Of a DNA stretch of 64,000 bases, positions 24,451 to 35,267 are shown piece by piece. The notes below the pieces were generated by a model that was given only the letters and a program-made list of their open reading frames with translations, did not search any database and had not been told where the DNA came from. The DNA is from Pavona decussata. Lineage: Eukaryota. Each line of letters opens with the position of its first letter. Position 1 is the first letter of the stretch. The stretch lies in assembly GCA_977016875.1 (NCBI GenBank), contig CDRNST010000306.1, positions 124,001-188,000 on the forward strand, written 5' to 3'. A program made the position numbers and the translations under genes.

Positions 24451-24607
24451 TAATTGAAGGGGTGCGCGAGATAAGGCCCTAAATGACTTTTGATGTAGAG
24501 TAAAATTCTCCTTTTGTTTCACAAGCGAATGCAAGGAAATTTGGAAGGAGAATTTAGCACTTTATCAGAAGCAACTTAGTGCTTTTTTCCAGGCACCTCT
24601 TCAATTA
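24451..24607. mobile_element. Palindromic MITE nested in the 3' region of the rolling-circle element
   Basis: Ends taattgaaggggtgc / gcacctcttcaatta (1 mismatch), with continued inverted similarity (aaattctcctt / aaggagaattt). Confidence 0.75.
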
Positions 24608-24717
24608 CAATCACTTCCCATACTGCCAACTGAAGTTGTATTCTTTAAAGCAACCGCAATCACATGTTATCACTACAATGCACATATTTTGTTTATGCAA
24701 ATAAAAGCAGTTGCAAC

Positions 24718-24861
24718 TATAACAAATGTTGTACTTATTGATTAGCATGGAGGCAGGGAAGGTACGAGGGGGGGGGGGGGGGGGTGGCGCGGTTGAAGTT
24801 TTACCAACCCAAATATAACAAATGTTGTACTTATTGATTAGTATGGGGGGGGGGGGGGGGG
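24718..24861. repeat. Duplicated 28-bp motif, each copy followed by a G17 tract
   Basis: tataacaaatgttgtacttattgattag at 24718-24745 and 24814-24841. G runs at 24768-24784 and 24845-24861. Confidence 0.85.
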
Positions 24862-25375
24862 TTGCAGGGTTGGAGAGCAAAAAGAGGTGCAATACTTTTC
24901 CATACTTCTTTTCCAATGCAGGATTCTCTTTGCCTACATGTTGGTTTTCCACTATTTCTTTTTCCTGATTTGGGACACCCCCCCCCCCCCTCCTTCCTTC
25001 ACATTTCTAATGCTGTATCCCTAACCTGCTGTTAACCACAGTGTATCACTCCCATAGTCTGTGAGAATGACGTCACACAGAGTGGGTGTGGTAAAACCAA
25101 TTTAAGCAGGGTGGGGCTGTTTCAAGGAGAACACGAGACCATTGATATTTTCTAGCTGCCTTTGCCCCTTCCCTACAAATCAACTGTACACCTACCCCGA
25201 GCTTCGCGAGGTTTTGCGAGTCACGTATTTCTAGTAGCTTTTATACTTGTTATATTATCTCCCGGCTCCAGAAGACAAAAAAACCTGGTCAAAAAATGTT
25301 AAATAATCTCGAAAAATTAACGCCCCGTCACAAATCAATAGGGAGCTGCACAAGCTACGAAAGAAGAGGTGACCA

Positions 25376-25575
25376 GCAGATAAGCTGTTACAGCGCTTTC
25401 ACAAGCACTTAGGTGGGTAACGATGAAAGCAAAATCAAATAAATAAGGGGTTCTTTCGATAGCCAGGAGCATAGTCAAGTAAGTCAACTTGCACATCGAA
25501 GGTGGTGCAATCCCAACCGTCAAGAAGCAGCCAGTCAAGAGCCTTAGACCTCTGTACACGGTCCCCTTGATCGAC
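25376..25575 (+). pseudogene. Decayed non-LTR retrotransposon RT C-terminal fragment (RLE-type clades such as HERO/NeSL)
   Basis: Translates with one frameshift and two stops to ADKLLQRFHKH/LRWVTMKAKSNK*GVLSIARSIVK*VNLHIEGGAIPTVKKQPVKSLRPLYTVPLID. This resembles the WxxMKxKPxKSxxLSI...IPTVxExPVKSLG motif. Confidence 0.6.
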
Positions 25576-28500
25576 TACTTCCTGGCCCTGTCCCTGTCCG
25601 ATAGATAGGTGATATCTGTTGCCATTGAAACCAGATTTCAGACGGCTAACCTCAGTTTTGTAATTTATTTAATCAATAAGAGTTGTCTTTCGTGCCTCAT
25701 CGTGTCCTCGATGTCGAAAATTCTCGCTAAAAAAAAAAGACGGCAATAAACCGGTGTATGCATAGTTTTAACATCATACTTAGTGACTTTAAGTGGAATC
25801 TAATGAGACTGCCATTTCCTCCGTTCAAATTGCAACTTTGGAAAGTCTTTTTAACCTCCAGTTAAAGGTTATATTTGATATCAAGACAACATGGTTCGAA
25901 TATCAACAGAGTAAGCTGCTAAATTCATGAAATATTAGCTTAAGTGAGCTTTTATAAAGATGATGAGGTTGGGCTGAGGTTGTGTTGTTTCTCTTGGCTT
26001 GTCTTCCTCGCCGAACATTCATAATCTTTTTTATTTCCCGCCTTTCCCGTCCTAGGCTCCCGGTTGCTTAACGACAATCAAGTCATGTTGACGACGGCGA
26101 TGTGGAACCAGTCCTTTTTGTCCCACAGACGTCGCCGTCCTCCTCTCCCGTCCTGGTGTTTTTAAAAAAGCTCTATTAAGACAGCGAGGACGCAGCACGC
26201 AAATCGTGAAATTGTACTTTCAGTTTAGTTTCTTGTGTGTATGAGAGATTACGACTGTCTATTCAAAGATTTCTTATGTTTTTAACTTGTTACTATTAAA
26301 GTTTTTCTCTATTTCTCTTTCACTATTGTGATGGCAAGGGAAATTCAGGGCTTTTGGCCCTATTTAAACGGCTGCATAGGATACGTCGCATGTTCGGAGG
26401 ACGAACAACTGTGTTAGAGATACACTTAGCAAGACACCTGCAATTAGTAATCATTTGAAAAATCGTGTAGCTCGTCCAATGACCGATGGTTAACACGTTT
26501 TATTAGCCCATAATATGTAAATCATATTGGCTCCCATTTTAAGCTTCTTCTAGTGGCTTCCATGAAAAGCTTTTTTCTAATCAGTTCATGCTGACTGATT
26601 GGCTAATTACCGTAATTTTTCATATAAATCTTTCGCTTGAAATCCCAAGGGCACATTAATGACGATTACAGTTCACAACGCATTTCGCGAATTCGACCTT
26701 ATTAACTAGTCCAAACTACGCAACCGTTTCAGATCGGCTTTGTCACAGTTTGACAGAACCAAAACATTTTTTATTAGTATGACAGAAAAATTCTCATCGA
26801 AAAAGTAAAAAACTCGATCAGTGAATTTTATCGGTTAATTTTATCCTGACATAAGTGTTTCCAATTCAAGATTTGACGTTGGCTAATACGGAGTGTTACT
26901 CTTATCTACGTAGACCATGATCTGCAAACAAAAGTAAAAGGTTTTTTTTTTTTTGCTTTTAATCGAGCGAAGGAACAGGTGACGCCATTCAAGTACATTT
27001 TAACTGGTGTATTTATAATGAGTTTTGTTTTTATTCATCGCGTACAATAGCTGAGTTTTAGTTTGAGTTAATGGCAATGCACCGCTGAGATGAATGTCGC
27101 TTTAGCCATCAGTATTCACAACGATGGCTTCGTCGCCGTAAATTTGATTATTGATCTTGAAGCACGGTTTGCCAGCAAGGTATAGAATTTAACGTAAACG
27201 CTAGTAAGGATTCCGCCATTTACCTAACTGTGGCTTTGGAATGTATGTAACTCACGTCAAAAAACCGTATGACCTTGACTACAATTCTTTATTTTGTGTA
27301 CCCACAATCCCCTGCTGTTTTAGTCAATAAAGAAATATTTGAGGAATACGTCTGCCGGGAATTAGCTTAGTTCGGTCGACCGTCATACCGCGCGCGTGAA
27401 CCAAACAACAACGCAAAACTTAAGGTCGCAGCTGTTGCAGTAATATGCATATAAATTCTCCCATGTAACGGATTCATCGCCTCTGTTGTTTCTGCTAGGT
27501 TGACACTTGGTAGCGAATTGAAGCTTTCTCAACGAAAAGCGAACCTCAGAGCGATCTCCGGTCCGGACGGTTAGTATACTGCATTTGTTTTTCTCATTGA
27601 CACCCCTTTCCCTTGAGTCAAATCGACGGAGCTAGTTTAAAAAAAGAAACTAATGGGTACCTTAAATTGTTGGCGCGGTTGGTGAGAAAATTTAACACCA
27701 AAAACAAAGGCCCTGGCGGAGAATAAACATTTTAGCAAGTCCGTGAGCGTCGTGAACCACCGAGTACACAACCGGCTCGGTTACGGGTAAATACAAACAA
27801 GAAGAACTTAAAATATTGCTTGAAAATTCATTGTTTTTGAGATGTTTCCTAGCTTCTAAAAATAACTTATTTGTTCACACAGCAATGACCGCTAATCTAT
27901 ATTTCGCATTTGTCTCAACTTTGATTGGATTTTGATTTGAGTTAAGCATTGAACTCTGATCTAGGGGAAAAATATTGCCTCTGTTTTAAACTATTTAACT
28001 CAGACTTCAGCCTAATTTAGGAGGAATAAACAGGATACATGTTAACTCTATGCCCTCAAAAAATAAGAAAATAACCAGAGAGATACAGTTAAAAAAAGTA
28101 AGCTAGATAAAGTCCGGTTATATTTTTAATTTGTGCCAGGCCGCCACCGCATTTTTTTTATATCTATATAGTTTATAAACGATCAACTTAAAACGACATG
28201 AATGGCGAACTCCACAAAATGAAGCAGACGGTAAGATTTACATTCAGTGGCAACCAGCCCTGTTGCGATAGCAGTGAACAAAAATGAACCTCAGGGTGCA
28301 GAGCTTTTGACACTCAAATATTGCTGCGGGGATTATGTTTTGTTATTTTATTGTATAAAAGTACATTTTATTGAACGCCGTAAACGAATCTAGAAGCATC
28401 TAGAAAGAGTCCGGTGTTCCTCATAAATCATGCATTGTGTATCCTTTTCACGACCTTTCTAAATTTACGAACTTAAAAATGCTCTGCGGGATTCAACATT

Positions 28501-31019
28501 GTTCCAGACAAAATTCACATCTCTCTTTTGTTAAGAAAAAAAAAAAGATTTACACCATAAAATATAAAGGATAGAAATTTCTAACATGATGCTTAGATTT
28601 CTCTCCTATTTAGTTTGGTGTGTATTTAACATATGCATTAAATTTTTTGTTTTGATTTTTAATTGAGGTTATACAGGAACAATCACGTAAAATACACTTT
28701 GGTTTAAATAAGCAGAAAGATTATCTGTCACCGAAAAATATTGCACTATCCATGAATAAGTAATGTACGATATCGGTAAGGATAGGAATCATTCTGGGTC
28801 GGCCTGGTACGTGTAATCAAGGGGTCTTTATACTTGAAATACGGTTGCACGACTCGACAAGTAGACGTGCTGATAAGCAAAAATCAGACTATCGCTTAGC
28901 CGGTCAATATAGCAAGTCAAATGTTCAGATAGGATTCAGAATCCAAACGGGAAAATTTTCCGGAACATTCTCGGGTAGACAAAACTACTGATATGTTATC
29001 CATCAATTTACAAAGTAGCCAGCTAACTATTGACATGGCTATTTTCCCAGCTGTCATAAAAAAGAAAGCGAAGAGCAAAGAATGGAAGAAAGCATCTTAA
29101 GAGATGGAAGGCACCAAATAAACGAATGTGGCAAACATCTACGACGCTGAACCTTTCGCAGTTGCGACCCGCATTTTAAAACAACTAACGAAATTGTAGA
29201 GTTCCATATATTGTCCAACAACTGAAATTCAGATCTAACGAATTCCTGTTTATAGCCGGTGGACATATGCCGGTCAGTTTTAAATAGATACAGCAAAACA
29301 TCGTTTAACTCCAGTAACAGCGCCACAGGCGCGCTGGCACTCGATTCTATATTTGAGTAACAAGCCCTTTTTTAAAACAGAAAATAGTGCTATACGACGT
29401 ACACTGGCCGGTTCATTTCTGAATTATTATCATTGTTACTGTTGTTCGGCCATAGAGTAACATAAATATAAGATGTTTCATAGTCAACACAACCGAAAAT
29501 CCAGCTATGCAGAAGCACTAGACAAATCTCATGTCGTCCGGCTTAAAATAACTCTCTTCGAGAAAAGAAAAAGACAGACAAATTATGTGGATTTACTACA
29601 ATAAAACTATTAGTTCCGGAGGCATGATTCTCTTGATTCGGTCATGAAAATAATTCGATCGCCACAACAATCTGTTCTCGACTTGATATAATTGCGGTTC
29701 GGTGGACTTTCAAATGCAAAAAACATAATCTTCGCATCCTGATTTCGATTAGTCTTTGTTGACGTGGAATTATCAGTAATAATGAAAGGAATAGAATTAT
29801 GCAAAATCTATATAAAACGACTGCAAATCTGAAAATGTAAGCCACCTGCGCTGGAAAATTAAAAAGCTTTCGTGTATATTAAATTTAGTGGCCCCACAAG
29901 GTGATGCTCGTCGCTTGAAATTAAATTGCATTTCTCCTTTGGCAAAGAAAAACGTTTTGTCTGACTATCCTGACTATCAAATTATCAAAATTTTTTAATA
30001 ATACTAATTGCTAAACGTTTTCGTTGGTTCGAGGTCTTTAAAATGATATTATCGTCTCAGCGTCGCCTAGGCCGTTATTGATTTACCTTAACCTGCTGTA
30101 GTGAAGTTTTGGCAAAATGTATTCATGGAAAGAATTCAAATAAACTTATATTGCAAGTACATACTTAAATAAGAATATTCGTACGAATAATCTTTCGGAC
30201 GAAAAAATTTGGCCTGAAATTTTTTTCGTACGAATGATTACATATAATTCAGGTAAATGTGCAAATAACTTCAACAAGCAAAGTTTACGAAAATACTCAA
30301 CAGTGTGACTCCATCCGCTAGGATAACAAATTTAAGACATTTTTATTTAGTTATCGTCTTCTTCAAACTGCGCGTTTTAAAATTCGCTTGAGTGGCATCA
30401 AAGATGAACAAAATAAACAAAATGCATGGTAAGGGTTACGGTGGGTTTTTTTTAATAATCTCTTCACTCTGTTTTGTCCTGTTTTGCTCAAAATATACCC
30501 AGTGTGAGCTGTGTTCAATGAATTGTACCGTTATATCCCGGCTTTCAGAGTGCTTAGTTTTTCCAGACTGGTACTTAAACGAAACTTTCCAAATATGCCA
30601 AGAAATCGCCCGGTTTTTTTTTCCCTAAATTTATCGTCCGAACATTTTCGTAGTTAAGGGAAGTGCAAGCAAAGGTACTCCATGGCGATAATGAAAGATA
30701 AAATCGAAAGCTCATGAACGACGATCAAACCGTTTTTTATCTGTGTATTGCCTTCGTGTTGCACCAGCGTTTGAATGGGCCCTTGTGCTTGGGCAAAAAG
30801 TTTGCATCGCTAGCGAAAAGACAGGCCTAAATTTTATCTCATAACGAGTATGTGACCTTTAAAATTTACGAGGCATATTAAAGGATTTACAAATAATAAG
30901 TGAAGTTTGATCAGTGCTTCACTTGCCACATATGACAAGCGTCCCCCACCCTACCCCTTAAGAATTACTTCTTGTCAGTATTTGTAGAGCTCCTTTGGCT
31001 GAATATTGTATTTGTGATC

Positions 31020-31350
31020 CCAATCTTTGATTCTTTGGATGAATTCCTGAAGAGTTACATTCAAATAGAAGAAATTGAGCACTTCTTTCTTTGGTAGTGT
31101 TTGTAATGCTCTACAGTTTGGATCTAACATTTGAGTCGTTTGAGTCCGTGCTGAGTGGAATCAATGTGAATTACCAGAGACCAATTGAACGGTGCCTTCC
31201 TATTTTGCTATTTATTATTCCGTACAGGGTGGTTTTTTTTAACTTTTGAGTCCTTATGGATCAAATCTGAACGTGACATCAACTTTTGCCGTCTTAATGG
31301 ACCAATGGATCAAATCCAGAGGTGAGACCATTTCAATGAAAGCCACTAAA
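31020..31350. repeat. Degenerate ~100-bp tandem satellite (about 3-4 units)
   Basis: Recurring tttgagtc..tggat.aa.tc...cattcaaat/catttcaatgaaag segments near 31026, 31131, 31245 and 31306. Confidence 0.55.
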
Positions 31351-32592
31351 TATAAAACGACCGAGGTCAAGTATATTTCCTATTACGTTCCCAACGTACT
31401 GAGCAAGGATAATTAGAAATTTTGTATGGCATCACATGTATCATTCCGAAAACAACTACCCCCAGGCACTTACTAGTTAGGCTGCAATCTGAGTTTACAC
31501 TACGGTGGTCACATTATATTGGGCTCAGAAAAGTTGCTTGCATTGAAACTTCCTGAAAATACGAACTTGCTATAGGCCAACCGAGTTTTTTACCCTAAAA
31601 GAACGAAAAGAAGTAAGTACACTTAGACTCCTTTGAGAAGCAACCAATAAATAACGATATAAAATGGAAACTCGCTTGGCACAAACACGAATTGAAATTT
31701 TATTCACTCAGCACCATGAAGTGACTGTTTGGTTGGATTTCGCAAGTTTTCAGACTCAAAACATAACAAGCACTTCAAACCTTGGTGTTCAGTATCAAAT
31801 GATTTCCGATGATTGTCGGGTTGTTTGCAAATTGCTTTTTGAAGTAATCGAGTGTCGATTGGCGTAAACTTCCAATAGATGCTTCTCCACAATGAGTGAT
31901 TGTTTCGCCCACAAAATAAATTGTCCAGCGTTCTTTTGTCAGCCTCTGTTTAAGACCAGCAAAAGTTAAAAGGTTTGAATGGCCTCAATAAACAATCAGT
32001 TCACTGAATATACAGTAAAATCTCAATAGCTTAGGTCTAAGTCAACTTCTACTTGTCTCATTTGAATTTGTAGGTGCAAGTTGATTTTGGTTCTGTTTCT
32101 ACAAAATGATTGCAACTTTTGACTCTTACGCGGCTTGATAAATAAAATATTTTAACTTTGTTGAATGGACACTGTCAACTTGACGCAGATTGCCACACCT
32201 CAATTCCGAATTCGCGCGAAAACTCACACTGAACCTTCAAGGGTAAATGCGGATTTCATAAGCCCTAGAATACACAAACTTCATTTCAGGGGGATATTAA
32301 TTTAGATTTTCAATCAATTGGACGGCTTGTCCTTCTCTTTTTTGCTAGGATGGATAGGCGGGCATTGTCATCTGCCATCATGCCCGTTGGCATTATGCGA
32401 GGAGTTAGCCAATTGAGTGCTCGTTATATCGGCAATTTGATAATAAGAAATAATATGTATTAAGTATCGAGTATTATTAAATTATGCTTTGAGGTATCTT
32501 CAGTGTATCATGTAAGTTAATTCAAGATGTTAACTGACATTATCAGGTGGCTAGGTTATGAACTCATTTGTGTTTTCTTTCAGAACAGCAGG

Positions 32593-33498
32593 ATGAACAA
32601 TACTTCAACTGCAACCAATTCTACTTCCACTGAAGTGGACAAAAAAGTGATCACGTGGTGTGTGGCGTACGCCATTGTTGTAGTGGCCATCATCGTCAAC
32701 AATGTGGCTGCTATAGCAGCTTTCAGGAAGTCTCGTCTGCTAAGGAAATTTGGAAATTTCTTCCTGGTGAATCTCGCGGTAGCAGATCTGATGGTAGGAG
32801 CTATCGCCTTACCAATGTACATTCACTTGATTTACAATACATCTTTTGGCAATTATAACTCACAAAATACAAAACTCAAACCATTTCAGACAGTTCAGAT
32901 TGCCTGTGATGTATTCTCTGGGATGGCTTCAGTTTTAACATTGACGGTTATTTCACTGGATAGAGTATACGCCATTTATTACCCTTTGCGATATCGTAGC
33001 CTATCAAGAGTAACTTATTTGATCGTTTTGGTTGAGGTATGGCTTCTTTCTGGTGCTCTCTTGGGAATGTGGATGCTGACGATTTTTGACATTATTCACC
33101 GTGATTTCTTTGCGTTTAGTTTGGCTATCTTATCATTTGCATCCCTTATGGTTATGTTGGGGGCCTACGCCGCACTGTGGTTAAAAATTAAACTTTGGAC
33201 CAGGCATCAAGAACGAGGTCTTGGCGAAAAAGAACGCAACTTAGCAGTGGCGATTGCACTCGTAACTGTTGTATTTATGTTAACCTGGTCGCCATTTCAC
33301 ATCATGAATATCTTAATAAACTTCAAAGCCTCTCTTTTTGATGGATTTTCTTATCAAGTCATTTATTTTGCGAAGTTCTTGCATTACAGCAATTCATTTG
33401 TGAACCCTATTATATACTGCTTCAAGATTTCTGAATTTCGGAGGGCGCTGAAGAGCTTACTTGCAAGAAGGAAAAAACGCCGAGAAACCAGAGTGTAA
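32593..33498 (+). CDS. Class A GPCR 3
   Basis: 7TM with NLAVAD, D3.32, LDRV, WSPF and NPIIY; C-terminus ETRV. ATG at 32593 (MNNTS) follows the acceptor tgttttctttcag (AG 32582-32583). The upstream in-frame ATG at 32527 is probably intronic. Confidence 0.95.
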   Translation: MNNTSTATNSTSTEVDKKVITWCVAYAIVVVAIIVNNVAAIAAFRKSRLLRKFGNFFLVNLAVADLMVGAIALPMYIHLIYNTSFGNYNSQNTKLKPFQTVQIACDVFSGMASVLTLTVISLDRVYAIYYPLRYRSLSRVTYLIVLVEVWLLSGALLGMWMLTIFDIIHRDFFAFSLAILSFASLMVMLGAYAALWLKIKLWTRHQERGLGEKERNLAVAIALVTVVFMLTWSPFHIMNILINFKASLFDGFSYQVIYFAKFLHYSNSFVNPIIYCFKISEFRRALKSLLARRKKRRETRV

Positions 33499-34044
33499 TT
33501 GAAGAAATGTGTACAGTCAATGTTTACTTAGTTATCACATGTTTTCTTTTCTTTTCCTTCCAATAGCAATAGCAAAAACTATTTAAATCTGATATTTATT
33601 CAAATGAATGGAGAACTATTAAAGGGAAAATGGGTAAATAGCTGTATCTTGCGTCTTTTTAATTTTCCAATAAACTTTTCGCATAGTATAAAGTGTAACA
33701 TATGGATTGCACTCAGTAGCTCTCTATTAAAGCTCAAGTCGAGTTGTATGGATTGAAAAGAAGGGATCCAAACTCTTCGGAAGCTTCTTTTTCCGTGAGT
33801 AATGCAAGACCATTTATTATTTTATGGGAACAGAGGACATGGCAAACTTTAATAAAAATAAGAAAGCCGTTAAATTTGTTTAAGAAGAATATAAAGTTTG
33901 GGGAAATATCACCTTTGCAACATAAAAAAAGTTTCAACTGAAACATGTGACGAAATGTCTGGTGATAAGGTGAAAATAATAAAACTTTAACCCCTCATTT
34001 AATAGATAAAAGACCATCACAGTTACCAGTACAATATGAATAGC

Positions 34045-34416
34045 TGCAAATATAAAGCCTGAAATAAATTCAGTCTTGGACGTGATTCGAACCTATGACC
34101 TTTGCGATACCAGTGCAATGCTCTACCATGCAGGGTCGTCTAACTGTGAGTTTGTACTATACCCGTAAAGTGCCAGATGAATTAATAAAAGTGGAATATA
34201 TGAAGTGCAGAAGAAAGGTTTACTAGATGGAAGAAGATCGCAATTTTGTATTAAAATTACACAGTTGCGAAAGAAACCCTGAGGAAAAATATTAGGCTCG
34301 AACGGAATTCAAATCAAACTGAGTTATCAAGCAAACATGGTCTTGTTAGCTCTTAATACACCTGTCAACTATCATATATTTAAAGTGTGGAAGAAAGATT
34401 TTATAGATGAAAGATC
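34045..34416 (-). mobile_element. tRNA-derived SINE-like repeat, two degenerate tandem units
   Basis: gattcgaacc at ~34084 is a pol III B box (ggttcgaatc) on the minus strand, in an aagcctgaaa...ttcag...gcgataccagtgca context. A second decayed unit starts near 34275. Confidence 0.6.
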
Positions 34417-34426
34417 AAAACAGTGT

Positions 34427-35267
34427 TAAGCCGACGACACACTAGGCGATATTTTTCGCGGATGGCGACGAATTCGATCGCCGGCTTGCGATTTTCGTCA
34501 CCAATTGATGCGGACACACTTGGCGGTTTTACCTCGTTCCCGGGCTCCATCGAAGGGCGTTTTTGAAAAGCCATGTGATAAAATCGCCCAACCTGATTGA
34601 TTGACTTAACTGGCGATTCGTAGCGATAAGCGTAGAAAATCGCGGGAAAGGGCACACTAGGCGAATGCCGGCGAATTTAATCGCCGATATCTGACATGCT
34701 AGATATACACTCGATTGCAAAAACGTTGACACCTAAAAAGCATAAACCGTGAACGATGAGACCCAACAGATTTGTGGGTAGTGTTTAACCAATAACCTCA
34801 TTTCCATAATCAATAATTTACCATTCTCATTCTTTACCATAAAAAATACAGAGCTGAATTAATTCCTCCGAATAATTTTCTACCAAATATTGCTTAAGTT
34901 CATTGAAGTTAGGCAAATCGTGAATTGTATATCACTCAAATTGGCCCTTGTTGGCCAACTTGGACACTTTAAGAAAAGCTTCGACAGTTTCCATCATTCA
35001 CCACGTGCAACTAATTTTGGTTATCAACCGTCGCACGAGAATAGAATATTATGCAAATAGATTTAGTACACTTATACCCATAAAACCATTGGGTCTCATC
35101 GTTCATGGTTTATGCTTTTTAGGTGTCAACGTTTTTGCAATCGAGTGTATACGCCGGTCGCGCTCGGCGATCGGCGATCATCGCAATCGCTGCACCGGGC
35201 ACACTGGGCGATTTTCGCAGATCGCGGAAATCGGCGTATTAAATCGTGTAGTGGGTCACCGGCTTTA
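34427..35267. mobile_element. MITE with ggcga/tcgcc subrepeats, interrupted by a Tc1-like MITE
   Basis: Ends taagccgacgacacactaggcgat / atcgtgtagtgggtcaccggcttta. Many ggcgat/atcgcc motifs on both sides of the nested insertion. Confidence 0.7.
34708..35147. mobile_element. Tc1/mariner-type MITE with TA TSD
   Basis: About 59-bp TIRs with 1 mismatch (cactcgattgcaaaaacgttgacacctaaaaagcataaacc...), flanked by TA on both sides. Confidence 0.9.

Larger units (their letters stand above)
18307..25234 (+). mobile_element. Full-length autonomous Helitron-superfamily (rolling-circle) transposon, HLE2/proto-Helentron-like
   Basis: Encodes Rep-helicase. The 5' end is TT followed by cctcgcgaagc (18309-18319); its exact reverse complement gcttcgcgagg lies at 25201-25211. 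There is a 3' imperfect hairpin and terminal CTAG (25231-25234). Flanked by A and T with no multi-base TSD. Confidence 0.9.
17974..25302. mobile_element. Older interspersed repeat split by the rolling-circle element (left part ~17974-18306, right part 25235-25302)
   Basis: Removing 18307-25234 gives ...ccaagtctcattgtca|tagcttttatacttg..., which I recognise as a contiguous stretch of a common coral repeat. This rests on memory and needs BLAST confirmation. Confidence 0.6.

Noticed and set aside
30177-30235. Small hairpin attcgtacgaa...ttcgtacgaat as an ncRNA or terminator
   Set aside because: Most likely a collapsed MITE remnant; no supporting features.
34060-34135. tRNA gene
   Set aside because: Only a B box and partial arms are present; no complete cloverleaf. 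It lies in a degenerate tandem SINE-like repeat.
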